Below, piece by piece: positions 12,764 to 24,765 of a stretch of 64,000 nucleotides of DNA. Position numbers and translations under genes: made by a program. The stretch comes from Mobula hypostoma (taxonomy: Eukaryota): assembly GCF_963921235.1 (NCBI RefSeq), contig NC_086097.1, positions 207,702,001 to 207,766,000 on the forward strand, written 5' to 3'. Position 1 is the first letter of the stretch; every line of letters begins with the position of its first letter. Under the pieces are notes generated by a model that made no database searches, was not told the DNA's origin, and saw only the letters and a list, made by a program, of their open reading frames with translations.

Positions 12764-12968
12764 ACGTGCAAAATGCTGCAGAAACTCAGCAGGTTAGGCA
12801 GCATCTATGGAGGAAAATAAATAGTCAACATTACAGACTGAGACCCTTCATCAGCAGGTTAAGCTTGAAACATTGATTGCTTATTTCCCTCCGTACATGC
12901 TGCCTGATCTACTGAGATCCCCCAGGATTTTATGTGTTCAAGGTTTTCAGCATCTGCAGAATCTCTTG
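12764..12968. mobile_element. Head-to-head inverted pair of PLE tails
   Basis: Minus copy 12764..12854 (CTGATGA at its 5' boundary) is joined to a plus copy starting 'cttgaaacattgattg' at ~12864. Confidence 0.65.
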
Positions 12969-13477
12969 TGTCAGTGCTTCATGAGAATTCCTTTCTTTTC
13001 CAATGTACAGATGTACATCAATCTTTGGCTCACTTATCCTATCCATGTTTGTACTGTCCTTCGATATAATTTTTGAAGACGGTAAAATCATCTACATATG
13101 TAGCCCCCAGGCTGTAGCAGCCCTGTTTATTTTTTGCCGCTGGATAAGTACTCCTGCTTCTCTTGATGCCACAAAATTAATTTTTTTAACATAATTTTGT
13201 TTGCACTTCCTATTGACTGCCCTTTTTATGAAGTATTGAACTAAGATGCTCAGTGAGGCACCAAAACTTGGATCTTAATTACTATAGATGTGGCTTTCAC
13301 TGATTATTGAGATTTGTAGCTTGTCAAACTGGACAGATTTTAGGTGGATCTTAATTTGTTTGATAAGACAGTATGTTATTTTTAACATTACCACTATTTC
13401 AATGTCAGCGTGGAAAAGATAATCAAATGAGGAGCAAAATGGATTGTTAATTTGCTATTTCTTGTTTTTCCTCAATA

Positions 13478-14350
13478 GTTCAAAATTACCGAAATATGCA
13501 TACATTATAATCCTTGAGATTCATCTCCTTACAGGCAGTCACAAAAGAAGAAAGCCAAAAGAGCACATTAAAAAATGACAAACACCCAGTGTGAAGAGAG
13601 AGGGAAAAAAAACAAATCATGCAAACAATAAAAGTAAGCGAATTGCATTTAGAATGAAAGTGAGTCCTCAGACACAAAGACCAGAGCAGGCGCATAGCCT
13701 CACCCTCAGTTCAGCACACAGTAGAGTGAACATTGTGAAGCCCGCGGACAAGAGGCCTGGGGCATCTAGGGCAGGCCTAAAGCCTCAGTCTCAGGTCAGC
13801 ACATAGTGGAGTTAACATCACAGAGCCCAGAGACACGAAGACCGAAGCAGCTGGAACCAGCCCATAGCCACAGCCTCAGTGCAGTGAAGAGTGGAGTGAA
13901 CATCGTGGAGTAGTGAACGGAACTGGCCTGACGCTTACCTCTGGTCCCAGCACCTTGTCTTTTCAATCCATCTGGCCCAGCATCCAAACTTCAGGTCATT
14001 CCTCACGGTAAGACCCAGGCCCTGTCACATTGATATGCTCTGGACCTAGACCCTTCCTCCACATTAGAGCCCACAACTGACTTTTCCAAATCAGCCTGGT
14101 GCTTGGATCGATCAAACCTCGCTCTTAGCTTAGGTGGACATGCCCTGAATCTACCTCTCCTCCACTCCTCACAGCCCTACTCCACCTTCAATATGCCTCC
14201 ACCTCACCCCGACTTCTCCTTGAACAGGCCTCGACCTCTCCCTGACTTTGCTTTACATCCGTACACTTAGACCCTCAACTCAACATCGCCTTCACCTCTT
14301 CATTCTTTGTAGTGATTGTTTACCATAATTTTTTTACAGAATAATTGTTA
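13478..14350 (-). mobile_element. Unclassified non-autonomous retroelement with a Rex-like 3' tail
   Basis: The tail at 13478..13660 resembles the tails at 4862..5330; the internal part is GC-richer with short repeats. Confidence 0.35.
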
Positions 14351-14550
14351 TAATTACCCCAAGTTGTGATGTACCCACATCTCTGTACCTCCAGAGACCC
14401 AAATACCCTCGACCATTACTATACAACCATCAAAGATGACTACCGAGTCACCTCCTGCCCGCACGTTGTAAATCAGACCACCAGGCTGTGCTCCTTCTCC
14501 TTGCGTACAGGAAGTTGTACAGTGCTGGTCTAGTCTAATAAAGAGCTTCC

Positions 14551-14980
14551 AGGTAGTAGTGGGTAGTGGCTCCATATGTCACTACTACAGGGCGTGACGA
14601 CCCTGCCTTACACGAGTCCCGGGCTCAGCTGGCTCCGGCTGACAGTACCCGGTATGGGCCCCTATCCAGGGTTACAGATCCCACTGCCTTGTGGGTATCT
14701 TCGGGAGAAGAGAAGGCCAAGGAGTAAACCCTACACAAATCCTGAGTGGAGCCCCTCAGGCGGTTGGATGATGTATCACGTCATCTCCCAGCAGCTCCTG
14801 CAGCCAAGCTGGTGCCAAATGTACTGTTTCACATTCCTTTGGACCACATACGCGAGGCCGGGAGGGGGATCTTGATGTCTGGGCAGTCCAGGATCTCCAT
14901 ATTCATTGCCTAGGTCTGCGCTTCGGAACTAAACCGGGCACGTCCATTGTCTACTTAGACAGATGGAGCCATGATGTGAC
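14551..14980 (+). mobile_element. SINE-like / RTE-related non-autonomous element
   Basis: A-box-like head 'gtagtagtgggtagtggc'; blocks 'cactgccttg..gggagaagagaaggc..ggagtaaaccc' and 'cattgtc..agacaga' are shared with 31440..32010. Confidence 0.5.
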
Positions 14981-15024
14981 TAGATGAGAATGTTACCCCG
15001 GTCATTGACCTTATCAGCAAGTGT

Positions 15025-15180
15025 GCAAATGTCAACATATTCAAAGACCCCACCCAACCTGGGTATTCTCTCCTCTCATCCCTCCCTTTGAGAAGAAGAT
15101 GCAAATGCCTGAAAGCATGTACCACAAGGATCAAGAACAGTTTCTATCCCTCTTTTATCAGATTATTGAATAGTCTCCTA
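15025..15180 (+). mobile_element. Rex-type LINE C-terminal fragment
   Basis: Encodes IFKDPTQPG.SLLSSLP..RR......TTRIKNSFYP..IRLLN. Confidence 0.55.
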
Positions 15181-15184
15181 GCGT

Positions 15185-16090
15185 AAACACAAAAAACTCT
15201 ACAGATGCTGGAAATCCAAAGCACACACCCAAAATGCTGGGGAACGCAGCAGGTCATGCAGCATCTATGAAAATGAATAAACGGTTGGAGAATCGGGCCG
15301 TGATGCTTCTTCCCGACTGGAGAGGAATGGGGAAGACACCAGAATAAAAAGGAGGGGGGAGGAAAGGAGAATAGCGAGGTAAAGGGCTAGAGAAGAAGGA
15401 ATCTGATAGGAAAGGAGAGTGGAGCATAGGAGAAAGACAAGGAGGAGAGGCACCAGGGAGAGGTGATAGGCTGTTGAGAAGAGGTAAGTGGCTGAGTGGT
15501 GAATAGAAGAAGAGGGGAGGGGGAGGGAAATATTTTTAATAGAAGGAGAAAATAATATTCATGCCTCCCACGTTGGTGGCTAAGCAGACGGAATATAAGG
15601 TGTTGCTCCTCCACCCTGATGGTGGCCTCCTCTTGGCATAAGAGGAAGTTATGGACCGACATGTTGGAACAGAAATAGGAATAGGAATTAAAATGTTTGG
15701 CCACCGGGAAATTCCACTTTTAGTGGATGGAGTGGAGGTGCTCAATATAGCAGTTCCCCAGTTTTCAACTGGTCTCACTAATGTCAAGGAGACCACATCG
15801 GAAGCACCAGATACAATAGATAACACCAGCAGATTCATATGTGAAGTATTGTCTCACCTGAAAAGATGCTTTGGGGCCCTGAATGGAGGTGAGGGAGCCC
15901 ATGAATGAGCAGGTGTAGCACTTTAGCCGCTTGCAGGGATAAGTGCCAGGAAGGAGATTAGTGGGGTGGGACAAATAGACAAGGGAATCATAGAGGGAGC
16001 AAATCCTGTGGAAAATGGAAAGAGGGGTGGGAGGTAAAGATGTGTTTGCTGGTGGGACCCCTTTGGCGATGACAGAAATTGCAGAGACTG
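15185..16090 (-). mobile_element. Penelope-like element fragment (Cys linker, GIY-YIG endonuclease, 3' UTR)
   Basis: ORF 15765..15974 PGTYPCKRLKCYTC...VIYCIWCFRCGLLDISET; ORF 15387..15704 EEATIRVEEQHLIFRL. Confidence 0.85.
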
Positions 16091-16320
16091 TTGTGTTGTC
16101 CTATTCTCCTGGTGTGATAAAATGGTCTCTTGATTTCATAATCTATCTTGCTACGACCTTGCTCTTTACTGTCTATCTGCACTACGCTTTCCCTGTAATT
16201 GGTACACTTCATTCTTTGCCCTATTATTGTTTTACCTCATACTACCACGATAAAGCAATGCCAACTCTGATGGATAGATCATGACATCCAGATGCCTATC
16301 TCATCTCTCCTCAAACAGAT

Positions 16321-17624
16321 CATAAGACCATAAGATATAGGAGCAAAAGTAGGCCATTCAGCCCATCGAGTCTGCTCCTCCATTCAATCATGGGCTGCTC
16401 CAATTCTTCCAGTCATCCCCACTTCCCTGCTTTCACCCCAAACCCTTTAATGCCCTGGCTAATCAAGAACCTATCTATCTCTCCCATAAATGTACCCAAT
16501 GACTTGGCCTCAATAGCTGCTCGTGGCAACAAATTCCACAGATTTACCACCTTCTGACGAAAGTAATTTCTCCACATCTCTGTTCTAAATGGACATCCTT
16601 CAATCCTGAAGTCGTGCCCTCTTGTCCTAGACTCCACTATCATGGCAAATTATTTTGCCATATCTAATCTGTTCAGGCCTTTTAACATTCGTAATGTTTC
16701 AATGAGATCCCTCCTCATTCTCCTGAATTTGAGGGAATACAGCCCAAGAGCTGCCAGATGTTCCTCATTCGGTAACCCTTTCATTCATGGCATCATTCTC
16801 GTGAATCTTCTCCGAACCCTCTCCAATGTCAGTATATTCTTTCTAAAATAAGGAGCCCAAAACTGCACACAATACTCCGATACTCCAACATCACATCCCT
16901 GCTCTTATATTCTATACCTCTAGAAATGAATGCCAACATTACATTTGCCTTCTGCACCACTGACTCAGCCTGGAGGTTAACCTTAAGGTTATCCTGCACA
17001 AGGACTCCCAAGTCCCTTTGCACCTCTGCATTTTGAATTCTCTCCCCATCTAAATAATAGCCGGCCCATTTATTTCTTCCACCAAAGTGCATGACCATAC
17101 ACTTTCTAACATTGGATTTCATTTGCCACTTCTTTGCCCATTCCCCTAAACTATCCATTTATCTTTGTATCCTCAACAAATTTAGCCACAAATCCATAAA
17201 TCCCATGGTCCAAATCATTGACATACATCATAAAAAACAACGGTCCCAACACTGACCCCTGTGGAACTCCACTGGTAACCGGCAGCCAGCCAGAATAGGA
17301 TCCCTTTATTCCCACTCTCTGTTTTCTGCTGATCAGCCAATGGCCCACCCATGCTAGTAACTTCCCTGTAATTCCATGGGCTATTATCTTGCTAAGCAGC
17401 CTCATGTGCAGCACCTTGTCAAAGGCCTTCTGAAAATCCAAGTACACCATATCTACTCCTTTGTCTATCCTGCTCGTAATTTCCTCAGAGAATTGCAGTA
17501 GGGTTGTCAGTCAGGAGATTCCTTTCAGGAAACCATGCTAGCTTTGGCCTATCCTGTCATGTGCCTCCAGGTAATCCATAATCTCATCCCTAACAATCGA
17601 TTCCAACAACTTCCCAAACACTGA
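16321..17624 (-). mobile_element. CR1 LINE, 5'-truncated
   Basis: ORFs 17151..17450 (YLDFQKAFDKV; SGVPQGSVLGP), 16829..17158 and 16413..16643; tail (cttatggt)n. Confidence 0.93.
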
Positions 17625-17651
17625 TCCACAAGATCCTTTACTCTTAATTGA

Positions 17652-20600
17652 AGGGTGGAAGCTTGGGGTGATGATCAGTTGGACGGTTGGAAGCTTGCGG
17701 CTGATGATCAGTTGGGTGGGTGGAGGTTTGGGGCTGATGACCTGTTGGATGGGGGGAAGCATGGGGTTGATGATCATTTGGGTGGGTGGAAGTTTGGGGC
17801 TGATGATCAGTTGGATGGGGGGGAAGCTTGGGGCTGATGATCGGTTGGGGGGGTGGAAGCATGGGTCTGATGATCGGTTGGGGGGTGGAAGCTTGGGGTT
17901 GATGATTGGTTGGGGGGGTGGAAGCATGGGGTTGATGATCAGTTGGATGGGTGCAAGCTTGGGGCTGATGATCAGCTGGATGGGTGGAAGCTCGGGGATG
18001 ATGATCAGTTGGATGGGTGGATGTTTGGGGGTGATGATCAGTTGGATGGGTGGATGCTTGGGGTGATGATCAGTTGGACGGGTGGAAGCTTGGGGCAGAT
18101 GATCAGTTGGGTGGGTGGAAGTTTGTGCTGATGATCAGTTGGATGGGTGGAATCTTGGGGCTGATGATCAGTTGGATGGGTGGAAGCTCGGGGCTGATGA
18201 TCAGTTGGATGGGTGGAATCTTGGGGCTGATGATCAGTTGGATGGGTGGAAGCTCGGGGCTGATGATCGGTTGGATGGGTGGAATCTTGGAGCTGATGAT
18301 CTGTTGGATAGGTGGAAGCTTGGGGCTGATGATCAGTTGGATGGGTGGAAGCTTGGGGTGATGATCGGTTGGATGGGGAGGAAGCTTGGGGCTGATGATC
18401 AGTTGGATGGGGGGGAGCTTGGGGCTGATGATCGCTTGTGGGGTGGAAGCTTGGGTCTGATGATCAGTTGGATGGGTGGAAATTTAGGACCGATGATCAG
18501 TTGGATGGGTGGAAGCTTGGGGCTGATGATCAGTTGGATGGGTGGAAGCCTGGGGCTGATGATCAGTTGGGTGGGTGGAGTTTGGGGTTGATGATCAGTT
18601 GCATGGGTGGAAGCTTGGGCTGATGATCAGTTGGTTGGGTGGAAGCTTGGGGCTGATGATCAGTTGGACGAGTGGAAGCTTGGGGCTGATAATGAGTTGG
18701 ATGGGTCGAAGATTTGGGCTGATGATCAGTTGTGGGGGTGGAAGCTTGGGTCTGATGATCGGTTGGATGGGGGGAAGCCTTGGGCTGATGATCAGTTGGA
18801 TAGGTTTTAAGCTTGGTGCTGATGATCGGTTGGATGTGTGGAAGCCTTGGGCTCATGATCAGTTGGATGGGTGGATGCTTGGGGTGATGATCAGTTTGAT
18901 GGGTGGATGCTCGGGGATAATGATCAGTTGGATGGGTGGATGTTTGGGGGTGATGATCAGTTGGATGGGTGGATGCTTGGGGTGATGATCAGTTGGACGG
19001 GTGGAAGCTTGGGGCAGATGATCAGTTGGGTGGGTGGAACTTTGGGGCTGATGATCATTTGGATGGGGGTGAAGATTGGGGTTCATGATCCGTTCGGGGG
19101 GGTGGAAGTTTGGCTTGATGATCAGTTGGATGGGTGGAAGCTCGGGGCTGATGATCGGTTGAATGGGTGGAAGCTTGGGGTGATGTTCAGTTGGACGGGA
19201 GTAAGCTTGGGGCTGATGATCAGTTGGATGGGTGGAAGCTTGGGGTGAAGATCAGTTGGATGGGTGGAAGTTTGGCGCTGATGATCAGTTGGGTGGGTGA
19301 AAGTTTGGGGCTGATGATCGGTTGCGGAGGTGGAAGTTTGGGGCTGATGATCAGTTGGGTGGGTGGAAGTTTGGGGCTGATGATCAGTTGGGTGGGTGGA
19401 TGCCTGGGGCTGATGATCGCTTGGGGGGATGGAAGCTTGGGTCTGATGATCGGTTGGGGGTGGAAGCTTGGGGTTGATGATCAGTTGGATGGGTGGAAGC
19501 TTGGGACTGATGATCGGTTGGATGGGTGAAAGCTTGGGGCTGATGATCAGTTGGATGGGGGGAAGATTGGGGCTGATGATCAGTTGTGGGGGTGGAAGCT
19601 TGGGTCTGATGATCGGTTGGATGGGGGGAAGCCTTGGGCTGATGATCAGTTGGATGGGTGGAAGCTTGGGGCTGATCACCGCATTGATGGTGGGGAAGCT
19701 TGGGGCAGATGATCAGTTGGATGGGCTGGAAGCTTGGGGTTGATGATCAGTTGGACTGGTTGAAGCTAGGGTCTGATGATCGGTTGGACGGGTGGAAGCT
19801 AGGGTCTGATGATCAGTTGGACAGGTGGAAGTTTGGGTCTGATGATCGGTTGGATTGCGGGGAAACCTTGGGCTGATGATCAGCTGGATGGATGGATGCT
19901 TGGGGTGATGATCAGTTGGATGGCTGGAAGCTCGGGGCTGATGATCAGTTGGGTGGGTGGAAGCTTGGGGCTGATGATCAGTTGGGTGGGTGGAAGTTTC
20001 GGGCTGATGATCAGTTGGATGGGGGGAAGCTTGGGGCTGATGATCGGTTCGGGGGGGTGGAAGCTTGGGTCTGATGATCGGTTGCGGGGTGGAAGCTTGG
20101 GGTTGATGATCGGTTGGGGGGGTGCAAGCTTGGGGTTGATGATCAGTGGGGGGGGTGGAAGCTTGGGTCTGATGATCAGTTGGGTGGGTGGAAGCCTGGG
20201 GCTGATGATCAGTTGGATGGGTGGAAGCTTGGGGTTGATGATCGGTTGGATGGGTGGAAGTTTGGGTCTGATGATCAGTTGGAAGGGTGGAAGCTTGGGG
20301 TTGATGATCGGTTGGATGGGTGGAAGTTTGGGTCTGATGATCAGTTGGAAGGGTGGAAGCTTGGGGTTGATGATCGGTTGGATGGGTGGAAGTTTGGGTC
20401 TGATGATCAGTTGGAAGGGTGGAAGCTTGGGGTTGATGATCGGTTGGATGGGTGGAAGTTTGGGTCTGATGATCAGTTGGAAGGGTGGAAGCTTGGGGTT
20501 GATGATCGGTTGGATGGGTGGAAGTTTGGGTCTGATGATCAGTTGGAAGGGTGGAAGCTTGGGGTTGATGATCGGTTGCGGAGGTGGACGTTTGGGGTTG

Positions 20601-21720
20601 ATGATCGGTTGGGTGAGTGGAAGTTTGGGGCTGATGATCAGTTGGGTGTGTGGGTTTGGGGCTGATGATCAGTTGGGTGGGTGGAAACTTGGGGCTGATT
20701 ATCGTTTTGAGGGGGGGAAGCTTGGGTCTGATGATCGGTTGGGGCGTGGAAGCTTGGGGTTGATGATCGGTTGGGGGGTGGAAGCTTGGGGTTGATGATC
20801 GGTTGGGTGGGTGGAAGTTTGGGGTTGATGATCAGTTGGATGGGGGGAGCTTGGGGCTGATGATCGTTTTGAGGGGGGGAAGCTTGGGTCTGATGATCAG
20901 TTGGATGGGTGGAAGCTTGGTACCGATGATCAGTTGGATGAGTGGAAGCTTGGGGCTGATGATCAGTTGGATGGGTGGAAGCTTGGGGCTGATGATCGTT
21001 TTGAGGGGGGGAAGCTTGGGTCTGATGATCGGTTGGGGCGTGGAAGCTTGGGGTTGATGATCGGTTGGATGGGTGGAAGCTTGGGGTGATGATCGGTTGG
21101 ACGGGTGGAAGCTTGGGGCAGATGATCAGTTGGGTGGGTGGAAGTTTGGGGCTGATGATCAGTTGGACGGGTGGATGCTTGGGGTTGATGATCAGTTGGA
21201 TGTGGCGGAAGCGGGGTTGATGATCAGTTGGATGGGAGGAAGCTTGGGGCTGATGATCAGTTGGATGGGTGGAAGCTTGGGGTTGATGATCGTTTGGGGG
21301 GGTGGAAGCTTGGGGTTGCTGATCGGTTGGCGGGGTGGAAGCTTGGAGTTGATGATCATTTGGATGGGAGGAAGCTTGGGGCTGATGATCAGTTGGATGG
21401 GTGGAAGCTTGGGGTTGATGATCGGTGGGGGGGTGGAAGCTTGGGGCTGATGATCAGTTGGATGGGGGGAAGTTTGGGGCTGATGATCAGTTGGATGGGG
21501 GGAAGCTTGGGGCTGATGATCTGTTGGGGGCTGGAAACTTGGGGCTGATGATCGGTTGGGTTCGTGGAAGCTTGGGTCTGATGATCGGTTGGGGGTTGGA
21601 AGCTTAGGGTTGATGATCGGTTGTGGGGGTGGATGTTTAGGGCTGATGATCAGTTGGATGGGGTGAAGCTTGGGGCTGATGATCAGTTGGATAGGTGGAA
21701 ACTTGGGGCTGATGATCGTT
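17652..21720 (+). repeat. Tandem array, 33-bp unit (GGGTGGAAGCTTGGGGCTGATGATCAGTTGGAT), ~120 copies
   Basis: Direct tandem repetition over ~4.07 kb, giving 11-aa periodic ORFs; strong G skew on the + strand. Confidence 0.97.
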
Positions 21721-21809
21721 TTGGTTTTACATGGCGGCTGAGGAAAGTCTTCTACCAACAGACGATTAAACAATTTTCTCCAAGCAAATTAGGTGATAAT
21801 GATTATGTA

Positions 21810-21910
21810 GCAAAACACACAAAATGCTGGTGGAACTCCGCAGGCCAGGCAACATCTATGGAAGAGAGTAAGCAGTTGACATTTCGGGCCGAGACCCTTC
21901 ATCAGGACTG
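21810..21910 (-). mobile_element. Short PLE tail with hammerhead motif (21873..21910)
   Basis: Reverse complement: CAGTC-CTGATGA-AGGGTCTCGGCCC-GAAA-T-GTC-AACTG followed by the tail. Confidence 0.75.
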
Positions 21911-22427
21911 TAGCTTCAGGCTGATCTCCCAATTAATGTTTTTCATACTAAGGTCTCAGCACAAATATACATTACCGCTCCTGAAAGTTTCTTGTATCAG
22001 CAATAAAACTTCTACAATTGATTTTGTATTTAAGTGTTAGGAAAACAATTAATTTCATTGAATTTTAGCCCAGTCTACCAGTTTGCAATCTTTGTCTTGC
22101 AACAACAGACAAAATTCTGCACTAACATCATTCAATTACAAAAATGTCACGATTTCCTGCATCAAACAATCATAAAAGGGAGAGTTTGTGGATAATGGGT
22201 GACTGTCAGGCAAGATAAAATTCACTCTGCTGATTGATCTAGCAATTGACATGCACCATGATAAAATGGCCACTTATAAGAGACTGTGAAACTCACTCAA
22301 CTTCTGCTTTCAAATCAGAATTGACACTTTCAGGATATGAGAAATGAAGGGATAAAAAAATAATGGGAAAAAAGAGGGAGGACCCTAACTGGAAATAAAA
22401 GAAATTCTATTTATATTGTTTATCAAA

Positions 22428-22943
22428 TTCAGTGGCTACTTTATCAGGTACACCTGTACACCTGGTTATTAATGCAAATATCTAATCAGCCAATCATACA
22501 GCAGCAACTCAGTGCATAAAGGCATGGTCAAGTGGTTCAGTTGTTATTCAGACCAATCATCAAAATGGGGAAGAAATGTGATGTAAGTGACTTTGACCAT
22601 GGAATGATTGTTGGTGCCAGGCAGGGTGGTTTGAGTATTTCAGAAACTCCTGCAGTTTTCATGCACAACAGTGTGTAGAGTTTGCAGAGAATGGTACAAA
22701 AACCAAAAAAAATCCAGTGAGCAGCAGTTCTGTAGGCAAAAAAGCATTGTTAATGAGAGTGTTCAGAGGAAAACAGTCTGACTGGTTCAAGCTGGCAGGA
22801 GGGCAACAGTAACTCACATAACCATGCGTTATAAAAATGGAATGCAGAAGAGCATCTCTGAATGCACTACCCGTCAGACCTTGAAGTGGATGGGCTACAG
22901 CAGCTGAAGTCCACGAACATACACTCAGGAGCCACTTTATTAG
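22428..22943 (+). mobile_element. Non-autonomous Tc1-like element
   Basis: TIR-like 'tcagtggctactttatcaggtacacc'; transposase N-terminus MGKKCDVSDFDHGMIVGARQGGLSISET at ~22566; same family as 61764..62266. Confidence 0.8.
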
Positions 22944-23479
22944 AATCACAAGGCCACTGGGTGTATTTGATCATGTTTGTTAATATTTTTGTTTAATTTA
23001 AGGCTTGAAGCTTCATTTACTGAACTGGACTTACCTCCTTCCTATTCACTCAGTCTGTCATATCCCTCAGTTTTGACATAAATATTAATAGCAGAGAGAA
23101 GAATCTAAAAGTACCATATCCTTTCTCCTGTTTAATCATGAAATTGGAAATAATTGAAAATTAAAAGGTTTTTTATTCTCTTACTAAGCAAATTCTCCAC
23201 ATGGATTTAATTCCATTCTCTCCCCAAAAAAAAAACCTGCAGCAAGTGTTGTTGGCAATCAGCAGGCAGAACATAGGTTGATGTTCACTTTGCCTGATCA
23301 GACATTGTTTGAGCTGTGAACAGTTAAGTCTGTCTGTAGAAGGGAATTAAACTGACACTTTCATAATTCATAATTCACTGAAGAATCAACATGAATATCT
23401 TCACTCCCTAATACCACACTGTCACCTCTTATGTCTCTCAAGGAACTTGTCCTACCGTCTCCTTTTCCTCAGCTACATA

Positions 23480-23980
23480 CTGACCGGGAACTCAAACTGT
23501 TCTGCATGTTTAATGCTGGATTATTTCCTGGCTGTTCTCCGTAAAGATGAGGTCATGTAAAACTCTGCTGCCTCTGTCCTAATTCACACTGTCATTCACC
23601 ACTCTGCTGACTCATACTGCCTTACCATTAATAATTTAAAATTCTCGCCCTTGTTTTAAAATCCCTCCATATTAATGACTCTCTTTCCCTCAACAATAAT
23701 GCTAAATTTCTCTACAAAGTTCCAGTGTTATATTAATTCCAGTTTATTAATGTTCATCAAAAGTATTTGATTCACCTTTGTCAGCCATGCTTTCCAGCTG
23801 CCAAGGAATTTCCTATCATTACACCAGGGCAGAGTTGAAATTACAATTGTGTTAATCACTATGTAGACTGTTTCTAATTCAGATGCATGTAACTATCTCC
23901 AGCTTTGTGCTTCTTCCTGTTTTTGAGATGCTCCTTAAAACAGTCTTTTGTCAAGATCTTGAAATTTTGCCCTAATATCT
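23480..23980 (+). mobile_element. Old L2 LINE 3' fragment
   Basis: 'aaaactctgctgcc..tcattcacc..tttaaaattctc.cccttgttttaaaatccctccat' and 'ctccttaaaac' resemble the L2 C-terminus and tail. Confidence 0.45.
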
Positions 23981-24334
23981 TACGTGATGATTTTTGTTTA
24001 ATAACATTTTTCGCAGTGCCATAAATGTAAGCCATTCTTCTTGCTGTTATATGGTAGCTTGCAGATGAGAGAGCTTTAGGTATAACAATAAAAGGGATAG
24101 CCATAAAAATACTAGTTTTGGATCCACTGGCAGTGATATTGACAAGGCAGTGACAAGGGTCATTCGATCCATTGCTGCTGATGTTTGATGTTGATGATCC
24201 TTGCATGTTCATCTGGATAGTAAACATCATTTTAAAAAACTGAACTGTATTTCCCAACTGTCCTGTTTTACTTAAGACGTTCAGAACATACGAGTTGATT
24301 GCGTTATTCTACCAAAAAAATTTAGCCTTGACAC

Positions 24335-24765
24335 CAGTCATTCAACTGGTAGTGCTTTTGCCTCCAGGTTAGAAAGTACTGAATTCAAATCCCTCTCCAA
24401 AGATACAGACTGGCACTAAAATACAGTCTGGCACATCTGTCCAGGCTTGAAGAACTGCTGCATGGTTATATGTGTTTCCTCAGAATTAATTATTTGTTGA
24501 ACCAAGACTCTGCTTAGTCACCCAGTGAATTCAATAGACTTAGAGCTCCATTTCAAAGAAGAACAAAACTAGCTGTTCCAGGAATTTTTCCCAATAATTT
24601 TTCTTCAACATATCTAAAACAGACGATTGAGTCATTTTCACATTTTTCTCTTGTGAACTTGCCTTGTGCAAATTGCCAACTGCATTTCCTGCTACACATA
24701 GTGAAATTATACTTCAGAGAACCATGTGAAAGATTTCTGAACAACGCTGTAAAAGAGACAAACCT
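24335..24765 (+). mobile_element. Ancient DeuSINE-like (SacSINE1/AmnSINE1-related) SINE
   Basis: tRNA-like head 'tcaactggtagtgcttttgcctcc..gaattcaaatccctctcca' and Deu-domain-like 'ctaaaacaga.gattgagtcattttcacatt..tgtgcaaattgcc..tgcatttcct'; recognised from memory of the consensus. Confidence 0.55.

Noticed and set aside
17652..21720. CRISPR-like array or repetitive protein gene (ORFs up to 328 aa)
   Set aside because: Contiguous tandem units with no unique spacers and no cas genes. The ORFs arise because the unit is 33 nt, and frequent 1-nt indels switch frames freely.
17652..21720. CTGATGA in each unit as a hammerhead core or box C/D snoRNA cluster
   Set aside because: No GAAA box, no stem II and no cleavage geometry. 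The C-like and D-like boxes overlap within a 33-nt unit, with no guide region or terminal stem.
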